DNA of 64,000 bases. It comes from Gloeobacterales cyanobacterium. Lineage in GTDB: Bacteria; Cyanobacteriota; Cyanobacteriia; Gloeobacterales; PMM-0068. Position 1 is the stretch's first letter. The number at the start of each line of letters is the position of its first letter. This document shows positions 38,429 through 48,131 of this stretch, one piece after another. Under the pieces are notes generated by a model. That model ran no database searches. It was not told the DNA's origin and saw only the letters and a program-made list of their open reading frames with translations. The stretch lies in contig JBBRSB010000008.1 of assembly GCA_038245785.1 (NCBI GenBank), positions 71,823 to 135,822 on the forward strand, written 5' to 3'. Made by a program: the position numbers and the translations under genes.

Positions 38429-38535
38429 GATTTTTGGTATGAATGTGGCTCATGCAACATCTGCAAAATTCTAGTTGAATGCAGTACATCTTTTACATTG
38501 ATTTAGAAGGAAGGAGGGTCTACATCAACTCTCAA

Positions 38536-38766
38536 TCAACTGTCTCTTTTACAACGACTATCTACGCATCTACAATTACTTGGACAATCTTCATCTGTTG
38601 AGCAAGTTAATCGCAAGGCAATTACAAGGTTATTAGTTAACCCTCTCAAGATAGATTCCAGGTCGGCTAATTCCTTGCTCTTAAGCCGCTCCAACTGTTT
38701 CTCAAGCTTTATAATATCCACCCTGACTTTTTCATTGATATGAACGGCATCGGTTTTATCAGTCAT
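38536..38766 (-). CDS. Small protein: coiled-coil N-terminus plus Cys-rich tail
   Basis: Strong AAGGAG RBS; tail CSTDEDCPSNCRCVDSRC. Confidence 0.7.
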   Translation of the reverse strand: MTDKTDAVHINEKVRVDIIKLEKQLERLKSKELADLESILRGLTNNLVIALRLTCSTDEDCPSNCRCVDSRCKRDS

Positions 38767-38965
38767 GAGTTAATCTCCTTTAGCTAGGTAGGTGACATAT
38801 GGGGTATGCGTATCAATAAATACTTTTCCAAAACGCAACAAAGAAACTCTATTGAGGAGCTAAGTTGCTACATGCTGGAGTTGGGAGAACAGGAAGAACC
38901 GTTAGACACTCAGCTTAATGCTTAGACATCTAAGGAGAAGTATACTTAGAAACCAAAGCATGTCA

Positions 38966-38994
38966 ATTGAACGATCTTTCGGTGTATTTAATCC
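38966..38994 (-). promoter_or_regulatory. Shared upstream motif, copy 2
   Basis: ATTGAACGATCTTTCGGT-N3-TTTAATCC. Confidence 0.55.
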
Positions 38995-39003
38995 GCTTTT
39001 AGT

Positions 39004-40749
39004 TTATCTGAATGGACTATAACTCAGCGTGAAATATAGGCCCTGCTGTTGTAATGGCTTCCCTCCTACCTCAAACTGAGTAAGGGGAAAACCCCAATCC
39101 AGGCGAGCATTGAAATTGTCTCCCATCTGCCATTGCAAGCCCAAACCCACACTGGCCAACGTATTCGGGTTTGTCGTGGGAATCGTATTGGCGGAATTAT
39201 TCCAACCAACCCCAAGATCCACAAAGGGTACAACCTGCAATAAGCCTTTAACGCTATCCACCCGCAAAATGGGAAAACGCACTTCCGCCGAAGCAAAAAC
39301 CCCATTATCCGTCAGCAGCAGATCCTGCCGATAGCCTCGAACGCTAGACAGCCCCCCTAAAGCAAATTGCTCTAAAGGGACCAGGGGAGTAGTTGACAAC
39401 TGAAAGGACGAACGCACTACCAGCAAAGTATCGGGTGCCAATAGCCGCACATACTGTCCCTGTCCGCGCCAATCAAAAAATCGATCACCATCTAATCCCA
39501 CACTGAATTGAGAGCGAAGTGCCAAAACATCCAGAGAACTGCGTTGCGTCCAGTCCTGGAAAAACCGCAGGGCAGAAACTTGGGTTTGTCCGTTATCGTT
39601 TGCCCCTGGTGAAAGAGGAAAGCCCACTCCTAAGAGTTTGGTTGTGCTTTCCTGGTGGGATAGGGTTAGCCCCAAAGCCAATTCCTGTGAAGGAGTTTGT
39701 CGGATAGGCTGACGAAACGTCAGGTCATAATAGCGAGAGTCGCCCTTGATATCCAGTTGGTTGAAAGGAGCCTCAATCACCTGAGTATTGTTAAACTGAC
39801 CCGACAGTTTAATCGTGCCATTGTGGGCATTGACGGGGATCGTATAGTTAGCGGAAACAGCATTACTGCCATCCGTGTTAGCGTATTCAACACTCAAACC
39901 ATCACCAAAGCCGAGCAAATCGCCTTGATTTACCCGCACTCCTCGTTCAAAGCTACCGATACTCTGCACTCTGCCATTATCGGCAAAAGTTTCAACATTA
40001 AAAGTATCTGCCTCTTTGACGTTTACCGACAGAACACTCAATTGGGGGCGAGAACCCGCCGATAGGTCAGCAGAAATATTCTCAATCAGGGGATTGAGCT
40101 GTAACACTTGTAAAGCTTCTAGCAGCCGATTTTGGTTGAGCGGTTTTTCCGTGGCTAAGGCCAGCCGACTGCGCACATAATCGGGATTCAAGCGCCCGTC
40201 AACAGTGACGCGGATTTCTTCGACTCCTCCTTCGATGACCTGGATTTTGACCTCCGCCCCTTCCCTGGGAAACGTTTGCTCCGCCGGAATCACAGCCCCA
40301 GAATTGATGTATCCCGCATCCGTATAGCGTTTCGTCACGGCTGCCTCAGCTTGCAGCAGTTCGGCAAAGGTAATCGGGCGGTTGGTGAAGGGGGCCGTCA
40401 CCTTGGTTAACTCTTCGTCGCTAAAAGCTGTGTTTCCAGCAAACTTGAAACGGGTAACGGTGATAGTCCCTGGAATGCTGAGACGTTCTTCGGGAGAGGG
40501 GACGGCTGGCGTCGGAGGTTTAAGCGGCGTTTCTGGCGCTGGTTGTGGGATAGGAACTGGTTCTGGTGGTTTAGGCGGAAGCGGAAGTGTTGGAGGGATG
40601 GGTTGTTCCTGCCGTCTAGGAATCTGAGCCAAGGCGCGATTGCAGGAGAGAGTAACTAACACTCCCAGCGCTAAGGAAATGTTCAACAAATGCCAGAAGG
40701 GCTGACCCCCAACTCTCCCCACTCTCAATCCGATTGGACCATCCTTCAC
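39004..40749 (-). CDS. ShlB/FhaC/HecB family TpsB transporter
   Basis: POTRA (F.GNTAFS..EL, Y.DAGYINSGA, IEG), LGGLSSVRGYRQ, C-terminal beta-strand. Confidence 0.95.
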   Translation of the reverse strand: MKDGPIGLRVGRVGGQPFWHLLNISLALGVLVTLSCNRALAQIPRRQEQPIPPTLPLPPKPPEPVPIPQPAPETPLKPPTPAVPSPEERLSIPGTITVTRFKFAGNTAFSDEELTKVTAPFTNRPITFAELLQAEAAVTKRYTDAGYINSGAVIPAEQTFPREGAEVKIQVIEGGVEEIRVTVDGRLNPDYVRSRLALATEKPLNQNRLLEALQVLQLNPLIENISADLSAGSRPQLSVLSVNVKEADTFNVETFADNGRVQSIGSFERGVRVNQGDLLGFGDGLSVEYANTDGSNAVSANYTIPVNAHNGTIKLSGQFNNTQVIEAPFNQLDIKGDSRYYDLTFRQPIRQTPSQELALGLTLSHQESTTKLLGVGFPLSPGANDNGQTQVSALRFFQDWTQRSSLDVLALRSQFSVGLDGDRFFDWRGQGQYVRLLAPDTLLVVRSSFQLSTTPLVPLEQFALGGLSSVRGYRQDLLLTDNGVFASAEVRFPILRVDSVKGLLQVVPFVDLGVGWNNSANTIPTTNPNTLASVGLGLQWQMGDNFNARLDWGFPLTQFEVGGKPLQQQGLYFTLSYSPFR

Positions 40750-40775
40750 CTTAGTTAATCTCTAGAACGATAAAA

Positions 40776-42086
40776 TCAAGCGGCCAAAACGCGGCGGAAA
40801 TACTCCCGGTATAAATTGCATCGAGGCATCACCTGATTGTTCTCTTGGTGCACCAATCCCATACTGTGTAACTTGTAAATCTGCATCGAATCTAACTCCA
40901 CGGGCTCCATCGACGTGACTACTTTTTTCAACGCCTGAGCCAATTCTGATGTATGTTGCAGCATCTCCAATTGTCGCCGCAGGTGATTACTATAAATTCC
41001 TGCTTCTGTGGGAGCATCTCGCAGTAGCTGCTCTAATGTCAATTTCCCAGAGCCAACTTCATACAGTGCCAAGCGCACCAGATAGGGATGTCCTCCCACC
41101 ATTCTCATCAGTTCCTCCACCTGAGACTCATGCCAACTCAGTCCATGAGCGCTCGCTAAAGATTGCACTTGCTTGGAGTCAAATTCCAGCAACTCGACTG
41201 GAAGCCCTGCATTAAAAGGGGATTGATTCATATCCAAAGGAATATAACATTCTGTCGAGTGCGCCATCACCAAGCGCAATTTTTTCCATGGCCCAGAAAT
41301 CTTCCCTTTCTCATGCCAGCTTCGCAGCATCCCAAAAAAGTCCTCCACGACTTCAGGATAGGGAAAAACCCGATCCACATCATCCAAACCTAAAAGCAAG
41401 GGACGATCTAAAGCTGGTAATAAATATTCTTCAAAATAAACCGTACAGTTATCGTTACTGCCCAAAATTTCCGTATCCCAGTAATCTTTTATGCGATTTT
41501 CTAACGCTAACTGCCGTCCTACCATCAAGCAAAACCAGCGGAGAAACTTATCCAAATTTCTGATAATCCCTCCCTCGACACTGTTCAAATCCAAGTAAGC
41601 TGTCTGATAATTGTGGGATTGCCCCTGATCCAAAATCCTTGCCATCAGAGAGGTTTTTCCCATTAGCTTCGGTGCTTTAATCCGCACTAAGGCTCCTGGC
41701 TTCCTAATTTCTTGATAAACCTGCTCTTCAAGAGGAGCGCGTTCCAGGTAAAAAGGGGAGCCAAGCGGGACTGCGCCGTCGGGGTAGCAAGGCGATATAT
41801 CCTGTTGGGCCTCGATCGACTCAGGGGGTTCAGGATTTTTGTCTATAGTACGGGATGGAACCTCAAAATCCATAGTAGAGATCTCTCTCCAGTCCAGCTC
41901 CAATCTCCGACAAAGTTCTTCAAAAGTTCCGTAGTCAACAGGTTTGCCCGTTAGGAAGTTGCTGACTGTGGCTTGAGCAAATCCTACATCCTCAGCCAAA
42001 AAGCGTTGACTCAAAAAGCCGTTACGTCTGACTGCTAGTTTGACCTTGTCTATGCAATCCTGCTGGACTCTAAGCGATCTGGGCAT
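40776..42086 (-). CDS. XRE-like HTH fused to AAA_35 NTPase
   Basis: SQRFLAEDVGFAQATVSNF HTH; PDGAVPLGSPFYLER, APKLMGKTSL, LGLDDVD, QSPFNAG, GGHPYL. Confidence 0.9.
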   Translation of the reverse strand: MPRSLRVQQDCIDKVKLAVRRNGFLSQRFLAEDVGFAQATVSNFLTGKPVDYGTFEELCRRLELDWREISTMDFEVPSRTIDKNPEPPESIEAQQDISPCYPDGAVPLGSPFYLERAPLEEQVYQEIRKPGALVRIKAPKLMGKTSLMARILDQGQSHNYQTAYLDLNSVEGGIIRNLDKFLRWFCLMVGRQLALENRIKDYWDTEILGSNDNCTVYFEEYLLPALDRPLLLGLDDVDRVFPYPEVVEDFFGMLRSWHEKGKISGPWKKLRLVMAHSTECYIPLDMNQSPFNAGLPVELLEFDSKQVQSLASAHGLSWHESQVEELMRMVGGHPYLVRLALYEVGSGKLTLEQLLRDAPTEAGIYSNHLRRQLEMLQHTSELAQALKKVVTSMEPVELDSMQIYKLHSMGLVHQENNQVMPRCNLYREYFRRVLAA

Positions 42087-42138
42087 AGAGACCTCCATCG
42101 CCAACCTCCTAAAGCGTACACGATAAAAGCGAAAACGG

Positions 42139-42171
42139 AAGTCGATAACAAGTCAATGACAAGTCAGTAAT
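42139..42171. promoter_or_regulatory. Three 11-bp direct repeats in a divergent promoter region
   Basis: AAGTCGATAAC / AAGTCAATGAC / AAGTCAGTAAT. Confidence 0.5.
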
Positions 42172-42285
42172 TCTCAGGCCCGAACTCAGTGAGCAGTAGA
42201 GTTTGATATAGATATAAGCTTCACGCAGGCTGAACCTGCTAATGGTCAAGTAGATGACTTAGAAGCAGTGTAGGAGAATTTCAAC

Positions 42286-42543
42286 ATGAACACACCTAAA
42301 TTGAATGTACTTTTACCAATACGACAAAAGCTGGATGCCATCGTAATTCATAATTCCAAATTTGCACGCTTCTTATGCCGAGTAATCCCAGCTTCTTGCC
42401 CATTTGAAAGTGACATCAAACTGTTCGGCGACCTTAGTATTCATATACCACCCTTATGTAAGTTCAATCCTCTGTATGAGCAATTGATTGGTTTACGTTT
42501 TCGTGCCCTAGGCTACCTTACTAACCTAAACCCAAACACTTGA
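42286..42543 (+). CDS. Mo-dependent nitrogenase C-terminal domain family protein (not a nitrogenase)
   Basis: LCRVIPASCPFE, HIPPLCKFNPLYEQLIGLRFRAL. Confidence 0.9.
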   Translation: MNTPKLNVLLPIRQKLDAIVIHNSKFARFLCRVIPASCPFESDIKLFGDLSIHIPPLCKFNPLYEQLIGLRFRALGYLTNLNPNT

Positions 42544-42605
42544 TGGCATTGGTAATGTTTCGACTTGTTGCGTTAGGGATTCAAAAGTAAATATAAGGAG
42601 ATAAC

Positions 42606-43124
42606 ATGGCCAACATTTTAGTAAATGATGCTAATCCTGAAACCAAAAACCTCTTAATGAAATACTTAGAGACAGCAGGATTTGAAATTCTTAGCATAGA
42701 TAATGGTCTTGTTAGTATTCAATTAGAACATGAAAAATTCTCTACTACTCTCGAAAGTAGAAAATCAAATGCTCCTCAGTTCATATTTCCATCTATTCCC
42801 CGACTGCATGAGGTCTTCAATTTCATTGAATTGAACTATCATCAAAGTATTAGCCTAAGAGAAGTAGCTCGTGCCGTAGGTTATTCCTCAGCGTACTTAA
42901 CCGACTTAGTCCGAAGACTTAGCGGGAAAACGGTCAATACTTGGATTTTCGAGCGCCGGATAGTGGAAGCAGGTAACTTACTATTAGAAACTGATTATCC
43001 TATTAAGGAGATTGCTTTAAAATTAGGCTATCAAGATATCAGTTATTTTCACCGTCAGTTTCGTGATTACTATAAGCATACTCCCCGAAATTGGAGAGAA
43101 ATGCGGCGTTGCGAAGTAGTTTAA
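42606..43124 (+). CDS. AraC family regulator with truncated receiver-like N-terminus
   Basis: VFNFIE.NY...ISLREVA..VGYSSAYLT, LGY.D.SYF.RQF. Confidence 0.85.
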   Translation: MANILVNDANPETKNLLMKYLETAGFEILSIDNGLVSIQLEHEKFSTTLESRKSNAPQFIFPSIPRLHEVFNFIELNYHQSISLREVARAVGYSSAYLTDLVRRLSGKTVNTWIFERRIVEAGNLLLETDYPIKEIALKLGYQDISYFHRQFRDYYKHTPRNWREMRRCEVV

Positions 43125-43143
43125 AATTAAGACAATTGCTAAG

Positions 43144-43191
43144 GGCATTGACAACTTAATAGGTGTAGCTACACTGCCGAGTCTATACAAA
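43144..43191 (+). mobile_element. Putative IS6 left end relic
   Basis: GGCATTGACAACTTAA is 12/16 identical to the reverse complement of 27997-28012; followed by CCGAGTCTATACAAA (PSLYK). Confidence 0.45.
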
Positions 43192-43208
43192 GCTTAAGAG
43201 GAGACATC

Positions 43209-43925
43209 TCACGCAGGCAGGTCGAACAATACGGTGTTCATGTAGCGCTCTGCCCAAGCATCGCCAAAGGCTTTTTCCAGAACGCGGCGAGTCTTGTCGT
43301 TCTGTTGTTGTTGGGTACAGTAATTCTTCTGACCTGCCACAATTTCAGACATCGCTTCAGGATTGGGCTGCATCTGTTGCGCCTGTTGACAGTGATGGGC
43401 CATGTAAGCCGTGGTCACCGCCAAAAAATCATCTTCTTCCTGAGCATTTTCTGGACGAATAAATAGGCAATGCTTGGAAAAAATATGGCCCCAGGGAGGC
43501 AGCTCTCGCCGCTGCTTAAAATGGGCAGCATTGAGCGCTGTGCTCATGGCCTGATCATAGGAATCTGATAGACCGACCACAGGCGAAAGGTCCACAATCG
43601 CCGCGCTAATTTGTCCCCTTCCTCCAACCAGATCGGTTCCGAACATCGGTAAAGCATATTCAGGGCGAGGAAACATCACACAGTGCAGGATGTCCAAATT
43701 TTTGCCAACCCGCGCTAGTTCTAGATGCATCTTCCGAAAAGCCCGCGTTTGGTAACAGCGGTTTTCAATCACCAGCTTTTCGCCTTCTAAGCGTCCTTCC
43801 ACATAGCCCAGGTCTTCTGGCAAGTGATAGGGTTCTAAATCCAAATACTTCTGCCACTGTGTTTCGATAATCTCAGCCAGACGCTGGATTAAGGGATGTT
43901 GTTGTTCGCGGATGGAGACGGTCAT
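43209..43925 (-). CDS. pcyA: Phycocyanobilin:ferredoxin oxidoreductase
   Basis: [41 protein letters not shown]. Confidence 0.97.
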   Translation of the reverse strand: MTVSIREQQHPLIQRLAEIIETQWQKYLDLEPYHLPEDLGYVEGRLEGEKLVIENRCYQTRAFRKMHLELARVGKNLDILHCVMFPRPEYALPMFGTDLVGGRGQISAAIVDLSPVVGLSDSYDQAMSTALNAAHFKQRRELPPWGHIFSKHCLFIRPENAQEEDDFLAVTTAYMAHHCQQAQQMQPNPEAMSEIVAGQKNYCTQQQQNDKTRRVLEKAFGDAWAERYMNTVLFDLPA

Positions 43926-44007
43926 GACCTGTAGGCTCTCGGATCTTTGCCCATTATCAGTTGATTTGGTAATCCTGTGGGTTAGGAACCAGAACTAATG
44001 GAACTGA

Positions 44008-44988
44008 TCAGCCTTCCATCAACTTCTTGGCTTCACGAATAATGTCTTCCGGTTGCGGAATTGTGACCGCTTCCATCCGTCCGTTGAAGGGCGTGGGAAT
44101 ATCTTTAGAAGCGAGACGAACCACTGGAGCATCTAGCTCATCGAAGAAATGTTCATCTACAAGAGCAGTGATTTCTCCACCCAGTCCACCGGTTTTGTAA
44201 TCTTCTTCAACGATCAAAAGACGATGGGTTTTCTTGAGGGATGTACCAATCGCTTCTAAATCTAGGGGTTTGAGGGTACGCAGATCGATGACTTCTGGCT
44301 CATAGCCTTCTTCTACCAAGCTAGCCGCCGCTTGTAAACACTGATGGACCATGCGCGAGTAGCTGACAATCGTGATATCTTCCCCTTCCCGGACCACATT
44401 CGCTTTACCTAGCGGAATGATGAAATCATCATCTTCGGGAATATCTTCTCTGAGGTTGTAAAGCAGAACGTGTTCAAAGAAGAGCACCGTGTTGTTATCG
44501 CGAATAGCGGCTTTCAACAGACCCTTCGCATCTTTAGGTGTAGAGGGCGCTACGATTTTCAAACCAGGTACGGCATAAAAGTAGGCTTCTAAACGCTGGG
44601 AATGTTCTGCCCCAAGATTTTTGCCTACGCCCCCAGGCCCACGCACCACCATCGGCACTGTGAACTGGCCCCCGGAGGTGTAGCGCAACATGCCGCCATT
44701 ATTGGCAATCTGAGAAAAGGCCAAGAGCAAAAAGCCCATGTTCATCCCTTCTAAGATTGGCCTGAGACCGCACATCGCCGCCCCAACCGCCAATCCCGAA
44801 AAACTGGCTTCAGCGATGGGCGTATCGAGTATCCGCATCTCGCCGTATTTTTTATAGAGGTCCTTTGTAACCTGGTAGGAGCCGCCGTAATGGGCTACGT
44901 CTTCACCGAGGACAAACACAGTCGGGTCACGGTCCATCTCTTCGACAATGGCATCTTTGAGAGCTTCAAAAAACAATCTACTGGCCAT
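44008..44988 (-). CDS. pdhB: Pyruvate dehydrogenase E1 beta
   Basis: [36 protein letters not shown]. Confidence 0.95.
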   Translation of the reverse strand: MASRLFFEALKDAIVEEMDRDPTVFVLGEDVAHYGGSYQVTKDLYKKYGEMRILDTPIAEASFSGLAVGAAMCGLRPILEGMNMGFLLLAFSQIANNGGMLRYTSGGQFTVPMVVRGPGGVGKNLGAEHSQRLEAYFYAVPGLKIVAPSTPKDAKGLLKAAIRDNNTVLFFEHVLLYNLREDIPEDDDFIIPLGKANVVREGEDITIVSYSRMVHQCLQAAASLVEEGYEPEVIDLRTLKPLDLEAIGTSLKKTHRLLIVEEDYKTGGLGGEITALVDEHFFDELDAPVVRLASKDIPTPFNGRMEAVTIPQPEDIIREAKKLMEG

Positions 44989-44990
44989 GC

Positions 44991-46019
44991 TTACTCGTCC
45001 TCAGCGTGTATAAAGCGATAAATCTCGTCCACAGGCGGTTCGGGTGAATCGTTGGCAAACTGGACGGCATCATCAATAGCCAGTTCAATTTCCTGGTCAA
45101 TGGACTTCAGTTCCAACTCTGTAGCCATTCCTTGCTCGTAGAGAAAATGCTGAAACTTAGGAATCGGGTCCTCTTTGCGCCAGCGTTCTCTCTCTCCTTT
45201 GTCCCGATCATCCGGATCTGCTACAGAATGACCTCGGAAGCGATAGGTCAAAGCTTCAATCAAGGTCGGGCCTTCTCCTGCTCTCGCCCGTTCAATCGCT
45301 TCTTTTGCCACTTTGTGAACCGCCAGCACATCCATGCCATCTACTTGGACGCCAGGAATATCGAAGGCCAGTGCTTTTTTATAGATATCTTGGACCGAAG
45401 AAGCCCGGCTATGGGCCATTCCAATCGACCAGAGATTATTCTCGCAAACAAAAATAATCGGGAGCTTCCATAGCGCTGCCATATTCAAAGATTCAAAAAA
45501 GGCTCCATTATTCGAAGCACCATCCCCAAAGAAGCAAGCCGTTACTTCCGTCCGATGAAGATCCTTCAAAACTTCTTTCAAGTACTTAGACTTAAAGGCT
45601 GACCCGGTCGCAATCGGAATCCCCTCTGCTACGAAGGCATAACCGCCCAAAAGGCGATGCTCTGCAGAGAACAAATGCATGGAACCACCACGGCCTCTAG
45701 AGCAGCCCGTTGCCTTGCCAAAAAGTTCGGCCATGATCGCTCGGGCCGGAACCTTCTTAGAAAGTGCGTGTACGTGGTCTCTATAGGTACTCGACACATA
45801 ATCCAGAGGACCCAGTTGGCTAATCACGCCACTGGAAACGGCCTCTTGCCCTGTGTACAAATGGACAAATCCAAACGTCTTGCCCTGGTAATACATCTGA
45901 GCGCAGCGGTCTTCGAACACACGCCCCAAGACCATATCCCGATAGACGTCTAGGGCTTCCTCCTGCGTCAAATAGGTTGCGGCTGGCTTAATCTTTTCTT
46001 GGATTTTCTCTTGGATCAT
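44991..46019 (-). CDS. pdhA: Pyruvate dehydrogenase E1 alpha
   Basis: GFVHLY.GQEA, GRGGSMH, FFGDGA, YRFRGHS.AD. Confidence 0.95.
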   Translation of the reverse strand: MIQEKIQEKIKPAATYLTQEEALDVYRDMVLGRVFEDRCAQMYYQGKTFGFVHLYTGQEAVSSGVISQLGPLDYVSSTYRDHVHALSKKVPARAIMAELFGKATGCSRGRGGSMHLFSAEHRLLGGYAFVAEGIPIATGSAFKSKYLKEVLKDLHRTEVTACFFGDGASNNGAFFESLNMAALWKLPIIFVCENNLWSIGMAHSRASSVQDIYKKALAFDIPGVQVDGMDVLAVHKVAKEAIERARAGEGPTLIEALTYRFRGHSVADPDDRDKGERERWRKEDPIPKFQHFLYEQGMATELELKSIDQEIELAIDDAVQFANDSPEPPVDEIYRFIHAEDE

Positions 46020-46219
46020 GGAATAGAGTTCCTTGAACAATTTTGGGGGCAGTTTTCGTACACACTGGGAGCACTCATACGCAGGCATGCTCTGCCTTTG
46101 GCAAACTCTCTCGAGTTTACAAAATCCCTGAACAGTAGGTAATCCTACCATTTAACGTTAACTGTCCGTTATCCGGGTCGAACGGTCTGTGTAAGATGAG
46201 ACTTAATTGAACAGACGTC

Positions 46220-46576
46220 ATGGAACAAGTAAAACAGAATGGGCCAAAAAATATGGAGATCGCACTCGCTGAGCCTATGATTATTCAAAATATATCTACG
46301 CCCGATGTCAAAGTTATCGAGCGTACTAAATCTTACACAATGCCACCTTGGGTTGTGCGGGTTCTCGATGATGACCACAACACCTTTGAACACGTAGCCA
46401 ACTGCCTGATTCGCCATATTCCCAATATGACTCCTGATACAGCTTGGGCGCTCACAGAACAAGTCCACCACACAGGACAAGCAGCGGTCTGGCGTGGATC
46501 TAAAGAGCAGGCGGAGCATTATCACGAACAATTGAAAGCTGAAGGGCTGACCATGGCTCCGATCGAACCAGATTAG
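46220..46576 (+). CDS. clpS: ClpS adaptor
   Basis: VRVLDDDHNTFEHV, VHHTGQA.VW, GLTMAPIE; start codon uncertain. Confidence 0.9.
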   Translation: MEQVKQNGPKNMEIALAEPMIIQNISTPDVKVIERTKSYTMPPWVVRVLDDDHNTFEHVANCLIRHIPNMTPDTAWALTEQVHHTGQAAVWRGSKEQAEHYHEQLKAEGLTMAPIEPD

Positions 46577-46650
46577 GTTTGACCCCTCATCGGAGAGAGG
46601 CATCCCTGAAATATATGAGCGACAATGAAAGTAGAACTCTGCTCTAGGCT

Positions 46651-47628
46651 ATGAACACAGTTAATTACTTGCGTATTAGTCTTGTAGACCGTTGTAATTT
46701 CCGCTGTACCTACTGCATGCCGGAAGACGTTCCTCTGGACTACTTACCGAAGCCTGAGCTACTTACCTATGAAGAACTTTTGCGCCTTGTGCAGGATGTT
46801 TTTCTTCCCCTAGGTATCGATCGCTTTCGTTTAACTGGAGGAGAACCTTTGGTCCGGCGAGGGGTGGTCGGTTTTGTAGAAGCCTTGGCTAAAGTGAAAG
46901 GCGTTGCCGATATTTCAATGACGACCAATGGCTACTTCCTCGAAGAACTAGCGCAAGATCTGAAAAACGCAGGGCTGCATCGCATTAATATCAGCCTGGA
47001 TTCCTTGGACCCGGCTGTTTTTCAACAAATTACAGGTCGTCCCTATTGGCAAAAGGTTTGGCGAGGGATTCAGGCCGCCTATGAGGCAGGATTTTCTCCC
47101 TTAAAGCTGAATGTAGTCGTTTTGCCGGGTATCAACGAGCAAGAAGTTCCAGACCTTGCCGCTTTGACCATAGACCGTCCCTGGCATGTGCGTTTTATTG
47201 AGTTTATGCCCGTGGGCAATGAAGCCTATTTCCATGAAACGGGTTGGGTCAATTCAGAAACTTTGCGTCAACGAATCCGAGAACGGTTTGGCCTTGCTGA
47301 AGGAACCTGTCTCGGCAATGGCCCTGCTGATGTCTTCCAGATTCCAGGAGCACAGGGGACTGTAGGCTTCATCTCCCAAATGTCCGAATGTTTCTGCGAC
47401 CGCTGCAATCGGGTACGGTTATCGGCTGACGGTTGGTTACGACCTTGTCTTTTGAATGAAATTGAGCAGATAGACCTGAAGACTCCGCTCAGAAATGGAG
47501 CTTCTTCTGCCGTGATGCAGGGATTGTTGCGCAATCTTCTGGAAGCGAAACCAGAAATTAACTACAAAGAGCAAACTACCCGCGATACCCGGAGTTATTC
47601 TCGGACTATGTCTCAAATTGGCGGCTAG
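46651..47628 (+). CDS. moaA: GTP 3',8-cyclase
   Basis: [37 protein letters not shown]. Confidence 0.97.
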   Translation: MNTVNYLRISLVDRCNFRCTYCMPEDVPLDYLPKPELLTYEELLRLVQDVFLPLGIDRFRLTGGEPLVRRGVVGFVEALAKVKGVADISMTTNGYFLEELAQDLKNAGLHRINISLDSLDPAVFQQITGRPYWQKVWRGIQAAYEAGFSPLKLNVVVLPGINEQEVPDLAALTIDRPWHVRFIEFMPVGNEAYFHETGWVNSETLRQRIRERFGLAEGTCLGNGPADVFQIPGAQGTVGFISQMSECFCDRCNRVRLSADGWLRPCLLNEIEQIDLKTPLRNGASSAVMQGLLRNLLEAKPEINYKEQTTRDTRSYSRTMSQIGG

Positions 47629-47951
47629 CGAAACTTTAGGCCGACTAAGACACCGCCGCCAAAGCCAGCCATATTCGCGCCTAGGCCGTTAAACAGACCC
47701 CCGGCCCACTGCCCCACAACTTGCTTTCCTGAATCAAGATTTTGGGTCAGAACATCCCAATGCACGGTCACGACGCCTATCTGGGAAAGTCCATAGAGCA
47801 TCAGGATTCCGGCACCAAGAAGAAAGAGAGCCAATTTGGTCGCTTTCTTGAGGGCATAGGCTACAGCCATACCGGCAATCGCACTACCTCCCAGTTGCCA
47901 AAGAAAAGGACTGGGAATATTGGAGGACCATTGGCTTACTTGCTCCATCAA
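47625..47951 (-). CDS. FUN14-like small membrane protein
   Basis: [28 protein letters not shown]. Confidence 0.75.
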   Translation of the reverse strand: MMEQVSQWSSNIPSPFLWQLGGSAIAGMAVAYALKKATKLALFLLGAGILMLYGLSQIGVVTVHWDVLTQNLDSGKQVVGQWAGGLFNGLGANMAGFGGGVLVGLKFR

Positions 47952-48010
47952 GCACTTCCTTACGCGGTTTCTAGATGCAGTTTAACGTACGCGCAGAATT
48001 CCTCATCCGC

Positions 48011-48088
48011 CATCCTTCGACAAGCGTTCGACTGAGGCTTCGACGGTGAGCTCAGCCGAACCGCTCACGCCGAAGTCTCAGGAACCGC
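48011..48088. repeat. Three nested TTCGAC...GCTCA short dispersed repeats
   Basis: CATCCTTCGACAAG[CGTTCGACTGAG[GCTTCGACGGTGAGCTCAGCCGAACC]GCTCACGCCGAAGT]CTCAGGAACCGC. Confidence 0.65.
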
Positions 48089-48131
48089 GCGGTAGGGTAG
48101 GTCATTCAGATTTTAAGGATCTTGCCAGATT

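Noticed and set aside
42286..42543. Evidence of nitrogen fixation
   Set aside because: The family name is historical; there are no nif genes here.
27849..43208. GACATC at both module edges as a target-site duplication
   Set aside because: Only 6 bp and not flush with the IR-like ends; easily chance.
46169..46603. 144-aa minus-strand ORF
   Set aside because: Antisense to clpS, which has clear family motifs.
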